A stretch of DNA of 64,000 nt from a virus. The stretch covers positions 64,001-128,000 of the IMG/VR virus record IMGVR_UViG_3300023208_000003; one strand, given 5' to 3'. Shown in pieces: positions 48,701-56,331 of the stretch. How positions within the stretch are numbered: the first letter of the stretch is position 1; every line of letters begins with the position of its first letter. Under the pieces are notes generated by a model. It saw only the letters and a list, made by a program, of their open reading frames with translations, was not told the origin of the DNA and did not search any database. The position numbers were made by a program, and so were the translations under genes.

Positions 48701-48933
48701 CATCACCAACAGCGACAACTGAAAAAACAGAAGAAACTACACTCGCGGATGTTGCTGCACTCTTACAAAAGCTTGTCGATATTGAGCAGAAAAATCTTAC
48801 TTCTCAACAGGATCAGTTTGACTATATGAAAAGTCTGAAAGGATCTGGTTTAGCAGGAGCTGCTGCCGCCACCGTGCTCGACGCTTTCGGTAATTCTTTT
48901 TCTTCAAAATTTGACATGTCACAGAGGGCATAA
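45757..48933 (+). CDS. Tape measure protein
   Basis: 1058 aa, Ala/Lys/Glu-rich and helical with a Gly/hydrophobic central segment. Adjacent to gp26/gp51-like genes. Confidence 0.7.
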   Translation: MAASDNTELLKSLDRLRGTIESLSRITETSETRRRQRVEGGGGEFKPKDVKKTFTEFYVSVGKASKSFKDTAEAMTDLHEAAHLTSEEHDKLTASILKSSNIIELYNDQTHKTIRSMRQFDEENRRTAANLDDVFSMLDKEINGSTKKYAELIKHIKDANGDYKKIRGTALTYMMAINDAKDSIKGFEKGLDSSLEEIQKAYDAAAKKQKAIQENTKRNYAAAQAASNIQQKFGVFGEAITGVASKAVIAGAILTELWKGAKLAWDQLTILGKAGLASEFGNIWNSSFHLGVNFEKMTAITKDSMAAMRLSKKNIDEFTKEVSANQNALTAFTYSTEDSAAGLMAMRSDLLDMGAAFDNTPTLNKAMASQTASFAKLNAMTGASMEEFIRLNKELGTSSSVQMMLLGLDKKARLQKIEDLKQAREYYATMGMSAQEAQEMVKRIQDIGKEKVVDRFEQAAQLRRSMTMLGIAGGAEAQQNLLSGKFRNDPEAAKKLQAAIQATQVGLDRWKMSNNIQKELQADTLIATLGPLFNQFSDSNRQNQLRQEAADDKRIIADAEARKQQASDGTLFLKELGGKFDAIMSGPLGNIIKAGGFAAAGLFGGKLWSKGKDWFVNRGASKTAEGAAEDAGKIAKKSGGKVLGFLGRFGEAFGKIATKIPWEGMGRMLGKTLGPIAIIGESLFNMSKTAEIFGKEANNVSFSQLLTTYFMGFPKMIGKIIDSIFGTDAESLFDTSTIVISRFFTDLYDGVVDFFQYSWDLVTGHGSDLFDKLSLVMKRVIHSFGNIMSNIADMMQEAPDTIFSMYDRYFGDDEAKERSRKYDEVRAKAKTERDAQHAQDNKAFEDSIKAEMQKITQKRAESDAAFKAQQASKKSEKDKQRAQEDDAFVQTMVNRNRKKAADAAKKDAEEAAAKNKNANNALSQLMSDPKSFLGLTNWANLSNNLAQTVTSGGTTGISGGPTINSNVAPIVAAQAATSSGNASPTATTEKTEETTLADVAALLQKLVDIEQKNLTSQQDQFDYMKSLKGSGLAGAAAATVLDAFGNSFSSKFDMSQRA

Positions 48934-50582
48934 TGGCAACTTGGGTAAATTATTGGCGAATTATTACGCCAGCTTCTAAAAAGCAGCAATACACGCATTT
49001 AGCGACAGATACTCTATCAAACACAAATCCAAACGCTGTAGCGTCAATTTCATGGTACTCGCAGATCATGAAAGGCGCTGGAACTCGTTTACAACGTTAT
49101 ATCCAATACGAAGGCATGGATGGCGACGTTGACGTATCACGCGCTCTTGATATTATTGCCGAAGAAATTTCAAATGATGACGAACGTACAGGTTTGCCAT
49201 TTTTAATTGAGTATCAAAATGAAGAAGATGAGGAAGTATCAGAAACTATTGTTTCAACGCTAAGAGCGGCTGTTCGACATTGGGCAAGAATACAAGATTT
49301 AAACAATAGAATTTTTAGAACTGCCCGCACGATGGTTAAGTACGGAGATTGCTTCTTTAGAAAAACTACTGACTTTAAGAAATGGGATTTTGTTGACCCA
49401 TCAAAAGTTTTAGGCATTGAAATTAACGAAAAAAATGAGCGAGTTGCGTATCACTTAAAAAAGGGTGAGGGCACTGTAACAGTAGGCGGGCGCAACGATA
49501 ACGTTGAAATTGTTCCAGCTGACGCAATAATTCACTTCTCACTTTCGGATGAAATGGAAGATATGGCTCCATTTGGTGAGTCTGTTCTTCAACCAATTTT
49601 TAGAACATTCAAACAGCTTTCAATGCTTGAAGACTCAACAATCATTTATCAGATTGTTCGCGCGCCTGAACGTCGAGTATTCTACATTGACGTTGGTAAC
49701 ATGCCACAGCAGCGCGTGGCAACTTATTTAGAATCTATTAAGAATCAAATTCGTCAAAAACGTCAACCAAATACAACCGCTGGAAAGGAAAATGTTGACG
49801 GTGTATACAATCCAAACTCCATTCAAGAGGATTTCTTTTTTCCTGTAACGACATCTGGACGTGGTTCGCGCGTTGAAACTCTTCCTGGCGGCGAAAATCA
49901 AGGGCAAAATGAAAATCTTCTTTATTTTCAAAAGAAGATGTTTAGAGGCCTTCGTATTCCAACTTCATATATGGTTGGCCAGGATGGTCAACAAGCTCAA
50001 TATAACGATGGTAAGGTTGGTATTGCTTATATTGAAGAACTTCGTTTTGCAAACTTTATTAAACGTCTTCAAAATAAGCTTGAAAGCGTTTATGATTATC
50101 AGTTCAAAATATATCTGAATGCCGCAAACATTATTGTAAATGAGGAGCTCTTTCTTTTAAAACTTCCTGATCCACAAAATTTTGCTCTTTATAGACAAGC
50201 CGCACTTGACACTGATCTTATAAATGCGTTCAAGTCTGTTGAAGATGTTGAGTATCTTTCACGTAGATTTATTTTAGCTCGTTACCTTGGTTTAACTGAG
50301 GATGAAATTCAAATGAATGAAGCAATGCTTAAGCAAGAACGCGCTATTCGTGAGGATGTTAATCTTTCTGATCTACAGCAAATATATGACAAAAAGGTTT
50401 ATGAAAATCGTCCAGAACAAAAAGTTGAAGAGCCAGAAGCTGAAGGTGGTGAAGAAATGGGTGGCGGGGAACCTGGTGGTGAAGAAATGGGTGGAATGGG
50501 TGGCGCGCCTGAAGAAATGGGTGGCGGAGGAGCAGAATTACCACCAGGAGGACCTGGTGGTGAAGAAAATTTAACAATTTAG
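48933..50582 (+). CDS. gp20: Portal protein
   Basis: LEDSTIIYQIVRAPERRVFYIDVGNMP...EDFFFP...LPGG...YFQKKMFRGLRIPTS. Confidence 0.95.
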   Translation: MATWVNYWRIITPASKKQQYTHLATDTLSNTNPNAVASISWYSQIMKGAGTRLQRYIQYEGMDGDVDVSRALDIIAEEISNDDERTGLPFLIEYQNEEDEEVSETIVSTLRAAVRHWARIQDLNNRIFRTARTMVKYGDCFFRKTTDFKKWDFVDPSKVLGIEINEKNERVAYHLKKGEGTVTVGGRNDNVEIVPADAIIHFSLSDEMEDMAPFGESVLQPIFRTFKQLSMLEDSTIIYQIVRAPERRVFYIDVGNMPQQRVATYLESIKNQIRQKRQPNTTAGKENVDGVYNPNSIQEDFFFPVTTSGRGSRVETLPGGENQGQNENLLYFQKKMFRGLRIPTSYMVGQDGQQAQYNDGKVGIAYIEELRFANFIKRLQNKLESVYDYQFKIYLNAANIIVNEELFLLKLPDPQNFALYRQAALDTDLINAFKSVEDVEYLSRRFILARYLGLTEDEIQMNEAMLKQERAIREDVNLSDLQQIYDKKVYENRPEQKVEEPEAEGGEEMGGGEPGGEEMGGMGGAPEEMGGGGAELPPGGPGGEENLTI

Positions 50583-50650
50583 TAACAAAAGTTTGAAAAA
50601 CGCTAAATATAACTAACTAGAATTTTCGCCTATTTAAAGGAATTACAACT

Positions 50651-51262
50651 ATGGCAAAAGAAATTTTGATTGAAAACATTTCGCCAATTCAGGCAAATTT
50701 AGTTGAATCAATTGATACTGAAAAAAATTATTTTTTGACAGGTATTTCAATGCAGGCCAATATTCGTAATGGCAATAATCGCATTTATCCACTTGAAGAA
50801 ATCTCACGTGAAGTTCAACGAGTACAAGAAAATTTAAAAAAAGGAAGCTATGTGCTTGGAGAACTTAATCATCCAGATACCTTAGCAATCAATCCATACA
50901 ATGCGTCTCACGCAATTATGGAAATTAACATGGATGGTGAAAATGCTGTTAGTAAGATGAAACTTCTTGATACCCCTGCTGGTAATATTGCACGTGCAAT
51001 TTTAGAAGGCGGTGTTCGCTTAGGTGTTTCATCTCGTGGTGCCGGTAATGTTGGAAATGATGGAAGCGTTTCTGATTTTCAACTTGTAACAATTGACATT
51101 GTTCATCAACCATCAGCACCTAACGCATATCCAAATTTTGTTCGTGAAGCTCAAGAGAACACAAAGATTGTAACTCTTGCTGAGTCTGTTGTTCACGATA
51201 AAGCTGCTCAAAAATATTTAGCAGCGGAGATGAAAAAATTTATCAAAAGCATTTTGAATTAA
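50651..51262 (+). CDS. gp21: Prohead protease
   Basis: NGNNRIYP...LGELNHP...LGVSSRGAG...DIVHQPSAPNAY. Confidence 0.95.
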   Translation: MAKEILIENISPIQANLVESIDTEKNYFLTGISMQANIRNGNNRIYPLEEISREVQRVQENLKKGSYVLGELNHPDTLAINPYNASHAIMEINMDGENAVSKMKLLDTPAGNIARAILEGGVRLGVSSRGAGNVGNDGSVSDFQLVTIDIVHQPSAPNAYPNFVREAQENTKIVTLAESVVHDKAAQKYLAAEMKKFIKSILN

Positions 51263-51288
51263 AAATATAACACATAGGAGCATAAAAA

Positions 51289-51474
51289 ATGAGTGACGAA
51301 AATAAAGAAAAACTTCATTCAGTACTTCGTGATCTAATTAAAGATGAATCGACTACTGCGTCAGCAACTCTTCATGATTACTTTTCGTCCAAGTCTAGAG
51401 AAGTTCTAGGTTTTGGTGAAAAAGATGCAAGTAGTTCAAGAATCGATGACAAAAATGACTTAGAAGACGAATAA
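51289..51474 (+). CDS. Small prohead core protein (gp67-like, tentative)
   Basis: AGGAG SD, acidic tail, position between protease and scaffold. Confidence 0.5.
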   Translation: MSDENKEKLHSVLRDLIKDESTTASATLHDYFSSKSREVLGFGEKDASSSRIDDKNDLEDE

Positions 51475-51507
51475 TTACTCATTTTTTACACTGCATTTTT
51501 GAACCTG

Positions 51508-51515
51508 TATAAATA
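51508..51515 (+). promoter_or_regulatory. T4-type late promoter (TATAAATA), distal
   Basis: Perfect consensus. Confidence 0.7.
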
Positions 51516-51574
51516 ATAACAAATCAAAATGCGGAAAACGCAATTTGCAGTTGTAAAGATTTTGATTTTCACCT

Positions 51575-51582
51575 TATAAATA
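51575..51582 (+). promoter_or_regulatory. T4-type late promoter (TATAAATA), proximal, abutting the SD
   Basis: Perfect consensus followed directly by GGAG. Confidence 0.5.
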
Positions 51583-51595
51583 GGAGATTAGCACT

Positions 51596-52495
51596 ATGGA
51601 TGAAATCCTTAATAAATTATTGGAATCCGAGTTGCTAAGCGACGAAACGAAGACTGAAGTTTCAACTCTCTGGAACTCTGCCGTATCAAAGAAAATGGCA
51701 GAAATTAAAGAAGAAGTTGAATTGGAAGTTCGCGCAGAACTCGCCGAGCAATGGACAAAAGACCGTGAAGCCTTCATTACGAAGGTTGATACATTTGTAA
51801 CCGAGCAGCTTACTACTGAACTTGCAGACTTACGTGGCGATATTGAGCGCTTCCGTGATCTAGAGGTTGAGTACAGCGAGCGTCTCGTAGAAGAAAAGAA
51901 GAAAATTGCAGAAGAAGTTGCAAAAGAAATGGATACTCTTGTTGACAAGATTGATGCATTCTTTGAGCTTCGTATTGCAGAAGAGATGGCTGAATTCAAG
52001 GAAGACCTTGAAATCGTTAAGCAGAACGAGTTTGGTCGTAAAGTATTTGAGGCATTTGCTTCAGAGTACGCGAACTCCCACGTTGATGAAGAAAGCAACT
52101 CTACTAAGCTTTCAATTGCTGAAAGCAAAGTTGCTGATCTTACCAAGCGCCTAGCGGCACTTGAAACTGAAAAGAACAAAATGATTCGTGAATCTAAAAT
52201 GGCTGAAGTTCTTAAGCCACTTTCTGGCGAAAAACGTGAGTCAATGGCATTCATCCTCCAAAACGTTGAGACCAACAAACTTGAAGAAGCTTACAAGCAC
52301 TTCATTGGTCGCATCTTAAAGGAAGAAAAGCCTGCTTCTGAAAAGAAGGAAGAGGTTCTTAAAGAGTCAACCACTAAAGTTGTAACTGGCGAAGAGAAGA
52401 ATGCAGAAATCATCAAAGAAGAAAAATCTGCAGCAGCTCCAGCCTCCAGCAGCAATCTTGATAGTATCAGACGCTTAGCTGGTATCAAGAAATAA
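51596..52495 (+). CDS. gp22: Prohead scaffold protein
   Basis: Glu-rich coiled coil directly upstream of the major capsid gene. Confidence 0.85.
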   Translation: MDEILNKLLESELLSDETKTEVSTLWNSAVSKKMAEIKEEVELEVRAELAEQWTKDREAFITKVDTFVTEQLTTELADLRGDIERFRDLEVEYSERLVEEKKKIAEEVAKEMDTLVDKIDAFFELRIAEEMAEFKEDLEIVKQNEFGRKVFEAFASEYANSHVDEESNSTKLSIAESKVADLTKRLAALETEKNKMIRESKMAEVLKPLSGEKRESMAFILQNVETNKLEEAYKHFIGRILKEEKPASEKKEEVLKESTTKVVTGEEKNAEIIKEEKSAAAPASSSNLDSIRRLAGIKK

Positions 52496-52520
52496 TTTCC
52501 AAGTTAGAGGAGAATTTACT

Positions 52521-53747
52521 ATGGAACTATTTGAAAATTGGCAAGAAACTAAAGAAGTATTGCTTGAAGGCGTACCTGAGCACAAGAAGAGCTATGTTGC
52601 TTCTGTAATGGAAACTCAGAAAAAGTACCTTACTGAAACTGCTGCCGCTACTGCCAGCAACTCAACCGCTATCAGCAATTTCCAGAAGATCGTCATTCCG
52701 ATGATCCGCCGTATTATCCCAGCAACTATTGCTACTGAACTCGTTGGTATTCAGCCAATGCCTGGTCCAGTATCTTTGGTTTATTCATTACGTTTCCTCT
52801 TTTCTGAGAACGTAACAACCGTACCAGCACAGACACCATCTGAAGACATCGTTGGTCTTTCTACTGAAGTTTTCTCAAACAACAGTAAGACAAAACGTTG
52901 GTATTCTACTTCTAATGTCTCTGCACCGAGCGGTGGCCCAGCAGCTGCTACTTCAGCAGGTGAAGCTGCTCTTACCTCTGATTACGAAAGTTTCGGCGGT
53001 CGTGCAATGCAGCTCGAAGTTCTTAAGCAGACTGTAACTGCTGGTTCACGTAAGTTACAAGCTAAGTGGACTATCGAAGCTATGCAGGATCTTTCTGCGC
53101 AGCACGGTCTTGATCTTGAAGCTGAAATTACTGCAGCTCTTTCTGCAGAAATCGTATCTGAAATTGATAACGAAATCATCAACAACCTTATCCAGCTTGC
53201 TGGTACTTCCGACAGCTTTGATATGTCTGGTACTTTTACTGGCGTACCTAACTACGTTGGTGATCGTCACGCAGTTCTTGGTGTATTGATTAACAAGGTT
53301 GCTAATGAGATTGGACGTAAGACACGTCGTGGTCCTGCTAACTGGATCGTTGTTTCCCCACTTGTTGTTTCTATCCTCCAGTCAGCTGCTAAGTCTGTCT
53401 TTGCTCCTGCTGTTTCTGGTTCTTTTGAAGGTCCAAACAACACCAAGTTGGTTGGTACTTTGAATGGAAATATCAAGGTTTACACCTACTTGTACCATGA
53501 CACTGGCGTTGAGCCAATTCTTCTTGGTTACAAGGGTGGTAATGGTGAGTTGGATGCAGGTTATTTTTACTGCCCATACATCCCATTGATGGCTTCTCAG
53601 GTTATTACTGATCCATCTACCTACAACCCACAAATCAGCTTAATGACCCGTTACGGAAAAGCAACTTTCCTTAACAGCACAACAAGCCTTGGGAACTCAG
53701 CCGACTACTACGGAAAAATCACTGTTTCGAATTTGACTTTCCTCTAA
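52521..53747 (+). CDS. gp23: Major capsid protein
   Basis: IRRIIP...VGIQPMPGPVSLVY...SRKLQAKWTIEAMQDL...EIDNEII...FYCPYIPL...MTRYG. Confidence 0.97.
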   Translation: MELFENWQETKEVLLEGVPEHKKSYVASVMETQKKYLTETAAATASNSTAISNFQKIVIPMIRRIIPATIATELVGIQPMPGPVSLVYSLRFLFSENVTTVPAQTPSEDIVGLSTEVFSNNSKTKRWYSTSNVSAPSGGPAAATSAGEAALTSDYESFGGRAMQLEVLKQTVTAGSRKLQAKWTIEAMQDLSAQHGLDLEAEITAALSAEIVSEIDNEIINNLIQLAGTSDSFDMSGTFTGVPNYVGDRHAVLGVLINKVANEIGRKTRRGPANWIVVSPLVVSILQSAAKSVFAPAVSGSFEGPNNTKLVGTLNGNIKVYTYLYHDTGVEPILLGYKGGNGELDAGYFYCPYIPLMASQVITDPSTYNPQISLMTRYGKATFLNSTTSLGNSADYYGKITVSNLTFL

Positions 53748-53776
53748 TTCGACTCTGTAATTTACAGGATGTAAGC

Positions 53777-53807
53777 AAAAAAGCCAACCCGAAGGTTGGC
53801 TTTTTTT
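53777..53807 (+). terminator. Rho-independent terminator after the major capsid gene
   Basis: AAAAAAGCCAACC-CGAA-GGTTGGCTTTTTTT. Confidence 0.9.
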
Positions 53808-53828
53808 GTTTATAAAAGTTGATAAAGA

Positions 53829-53837
53829 TGTTATAAT
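53829..53837 (+). promoter_or_regulatory. Extended -10 promoter element (TGTTATAAT) just upstream of the denV-like gene
   Basis: TGn-TATAAT with the ATG 7 nt downstream and no SD, suggesting a leaderless mRNA. Confidence 0.55.
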
Positions 53838-53843
53838 AAGCAC

Positions 53844-54350
53844 ATGAATATTTTTGTACTAGATGAAGATGTTGAAGTCTGCGCGCGTTATCACTGTGAT
53901 GCGCACATTCGAAAAATGATTATTGAATATGCACAACTTCTTTCATTTGCTTTTTATTCAGTTCCTGAAATAGGCGCAGCGTTTTATGATTATGGCTTAA
54001 TTTATAAGAACAGTAAAGCTCATTTTAATCACCCTTGCGCTGTTTGGGTACGAGAATCATTAGCTAACTGGGAATGGTTGCAGCAACTTGCAATTCATTT
54101 ATCGCTTGAGCATTGGTACCGATACGGGCAGTATTCAGGAAACTTTCATAAGTCTGGAGTAATGTTAAATAATATGCCAACTCCAGAGCATTTACCTAAC
54201 AAGGAACTTACTGAGCAACCAAAGTGCATGCCTGACCAATTTAAGGATGAGACAGTTATAACATCGTATCGTAATTATTATCGCTACGATAAGGTAAGAT
54301 TCGCTACATGGAAAAACCGTTCAATTCCATATTTTATGAAAATACAATGA
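53844..54350 (+). CDS. denV: Pyrimidine-dimer DNA glycosylase family protein
   Basis: MNIFVLD...HCDAHIRKMIIEYAQLLS...HFNHPCAVWVRES..NWEWL. Confidence 0.75.
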   Translation: MNIFVLDEDVEVCARYHCDAHIRKMIIEYAQLLSFAFYSVPEIGAAFYDYGLIYKNSKAHFNHPCAVWVRESLANWEWLQQLAIHLSLEHWYRYGQYSGNFHKSGVMLNNMPTPEHLPNKELTEQPKCMPDQFKDETVITSYRNYYRYDKVRFATWKNRSIPYFMKIQ

Positions 54351-54535
54351 AAATTTTAGCCAGTATTTTACTTTGGATGCTAGCTTCTTTTTTAGGAATG
54401 ATTTTAGCAAGTGAGCTCTTCTTTAGCAACTTAAAACAAATGGCACCTGAAAAGCTAAAGTGTTATGAAAAACGTTTTTTGATTTATCAAGTAAATCCTA
54501 CAATTCCTGGGTGTGAGGTAAAAAACAATGATTGA
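54347..54535 (+). CDS. Small membrane protein
   Basis: ATGA-coupled start (MKILASILLWML) with a hydrophobic N-terminal helix. Confidence 0.65.
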   Translation: MKILASILLWMLASFLGMILASELFFSNLKQMAPEKLKCYEKRFLIYQVNPTIPGCEVKNND

Positions 54536-54695
54536 ACAACTTGTTGATGATCTTCAGTATGGTCAACTTTGGTTAACCATCAATCGAAATTTTTTTATAC
54601 TTTACTCGTATGAAGGTGAACGTTTGTTTGAAACAACTGACTTTAATGAGCTAAATGCATGGTTGAAATCTTTTATTCAGCCTTTAAAAGACTAA
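54528..54695 (+). CDS. Hypothetical protein, 55 aa (not in the ORF track)
   Basis: GAGG SD, then MIEQLVDDLQYGQLW...QPLKD*. Confidence 0.6.
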   Translation: MIEQLVDDLQYGQLWLTINRNFFILYSYEGERLFETTDFNELNAWLKSFIQPLKD

Positions 54696-54739
54696 CAGAT
54701 TTAATTTGCGGTCAATCAATACTTATAGAGGGGCAAAAA

Positions 54740-54952
54740 ATGAGCCACCCGTTTTCAGAAGAGCGTTTAGCGGAGTTAAACGCAGAAATTGATTTTCTAA
54801 CTGAGGTAATTTCAGCTACACGTGATAGACCAACACGCTACAATGCGGTTATATCAGGTTCAAATATTTACGCGATCATTCAGCAGCTTGAACTTCAGCG
54901 TTCTGAATTACAGGTAAAAGCTGCTGTTCTTGAGGATTATCTTCAAGAATAG
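54740..54952 (+). CDS. Small coiled-coil hypothetical protein
   Basis: GAGGGG SD before ATG 54740 (MSHPFSEE). Confidence 0.6.
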   Translation: MSHPFSEERLAELNAEIDFLTEVISATRDRPTRYNAVISGSNIYAIIQQLELQRSELQVKAAVLEDYLQE

Positions 54953-55115
54953 GAACCCAGTATGTTTCACCTGCTTTAGGCACAACGTTTTGATTTGCTA
55001 TGTTGAATAAGTTTTGAAGTTCATCAAGTTTACTATGATCGTTGTTTTTGAGCTTTAAAACAGCATCGACTGTGTGACCTGGTAGAAAGCACCAGGCTTC
55101 ATATCTAATTACCAT
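54876..55115 (-). CDS. Small protein, possibly LysM-like
   Basis: PGHTVDAVL...N..ANQNVVPKAGETYWVP pattern. Coupled to the upstream minus-strand gene. Confidence 0.55.
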   Translation of the reverse strand: MVIRYEAWCFLPGHTVDAVLKLKNNDHSKLDELQNLFNIANQNVVPKAGETYWVPILEDNPQEQQLLPVIQNAEVQAAE

Positions 55116-55116
55116 T

Positions 55117-56238
55117 TTAGTAATACCAATTCGCTGATGAACTTGTTTGAAGGCTAATTTTTAATGGAACAATTTTATTTCCATCCATTTTTACAAAAAC
55201 ACGAAATGAAGGAGGCGGAACGCCGTAATCTGTTGTAATAGCATTTAAAGTAGAATCATTCCATTTATCAATACTTTTCATCTTATTTTTTATTTCATTT
55301 TTAATATTTTTTACTTTTGTGGTATTTTCATTAATCTCGTATTCAATATATGCTTCACCGCTTAAAAGCGATTTAAATGAAAAGTTGCTGTTATTATTGA
55401 ATAATGTGTAATCATATCCATCAATTTTTAGCTTTTCTAATGGTCCGTGTTCTTGAAAAAGACCTTGGACCTGGTCGATATTATCAACTCCTTTTGATTT
55501 TGACGCTTTAAAGTTATCAAGACGTTTTGCTAACTCAAGTCTGGCATTTCTTTTAAATTCATTTTGTTTTTTAACATTACTATCAGGTATTGATGGCGCA
55601 AATGTAGCGCCAGCCCGAGTTGACTTACGTTCGCGTTGCTTTTCATCTCGTTTTTCATCTCGTTGAATAGCATAAACAATTGGTTTGTGTGCTTTAAAAA
55701 TTGTTTTGTTTAAAGCTGCCATAATCTTGCTAAGCTGACTAAAATCAAGATTATGTAAAAAGTGAACTCCGCTTCTTGAGTTTTCTTTATGAAAGCTAAG
55801 ACTAGTTTTTTCTATTTGCGGTTTTAAAAGCTTATATTGGTCATCAGTAAAAGCCTGAGCGTCAATTCCTACCTTCCAGTATTTCCAGTCAGAGGCAACA
55901 ATTATAAAACATTGTTTATTGTTTGCGGAATTTAAGAAGACGTAAACGCCTGACGCGTTAGGATAAACACGCGTTTTATCATCATTTGTTTTTAAAGGCT
56001 CTTTTAAAAGTTCAAGAAAATCTGCGCCACTTTTGTAAGTAATCTGAACGAATTCAGAATCTCTGCCAAGCGTTGATTTAAGCTTATCAGCAGGATTAAA
56101 CGTGTTTGAATCGATATTCTTCTTTCTAGTTGGGTCAGTATCCGTTTTTAAAGCGTCTAAAAATTTTCTATCAAGCTTTATTAAGTTACCAAGGTGCTCT
56201 ACAAGAAGAGCTGATTGTAAAAGTTCAAAAAGTTTCAT
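55117..56238 (-). CDS. Hypothetical protein with an MKLFELL..LLVE leader
   Basis: GAGG SD before ATG 56238, with a late promoter upstream. Confidence 0.7.
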   Translation of the reverse strand: MKLFELLQSALLVEHLGNLIKLDRKFLDALKTDTDPTRKKNIDSNTFNPADKLKSTLGRDSEFVQITYKSGADFLELLKEPLKTNDDKTRVYPNASGVYVFLNSANNKQCFIIVASDWKYWKVGIDAQAFTDDQYKLLKPQIEKTSLSFHKENSRSGVHFLHNLDFSQLSKIMAALNKTIFKAHKPIVYAIQRDEKRDEKQRERKSTRAGATFAPSIPDSNVKKQNEFKRNARLELAKRLDNFKASKSKGVDNIDQVQGLFQEHGPLEKLKIDGYDYTLFNNNSNFSFKSLLSGEAYIEYEINENTTKVKNIKNEIKNKMKSIDKWNDSTLNAITTDYGVPPPSFRVFVKMDGNKIVPLKISLQTSSSANWYY

Positions 56239-56275
56239 TCTTATCCTCAAAAAGAAACAGATTTTATATTGTTTC

Positions 56276-56283
56276 TATTTATC
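56276..56283 (-). promoter_or_regulatory. T4-type late promoter (GATAAATA)
   Basis: Motif match, back-to-back with 56292. Confidence 0.6.
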
Positions 56284-56291
56284 TCAGGATT

Positions 56292-56299
56292 GATAAATA
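56292..56299 (+). promoter_or_regulatory. T4-type late promoter (GATAAATA) for the neck genes
   Basis: Motif match 33 nt upstream of 56332. Confidence 0.6.
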
Positions 56300-56331
56300 G
56301 TTGAACATAACCACATAATTTGGAAAGTTCA

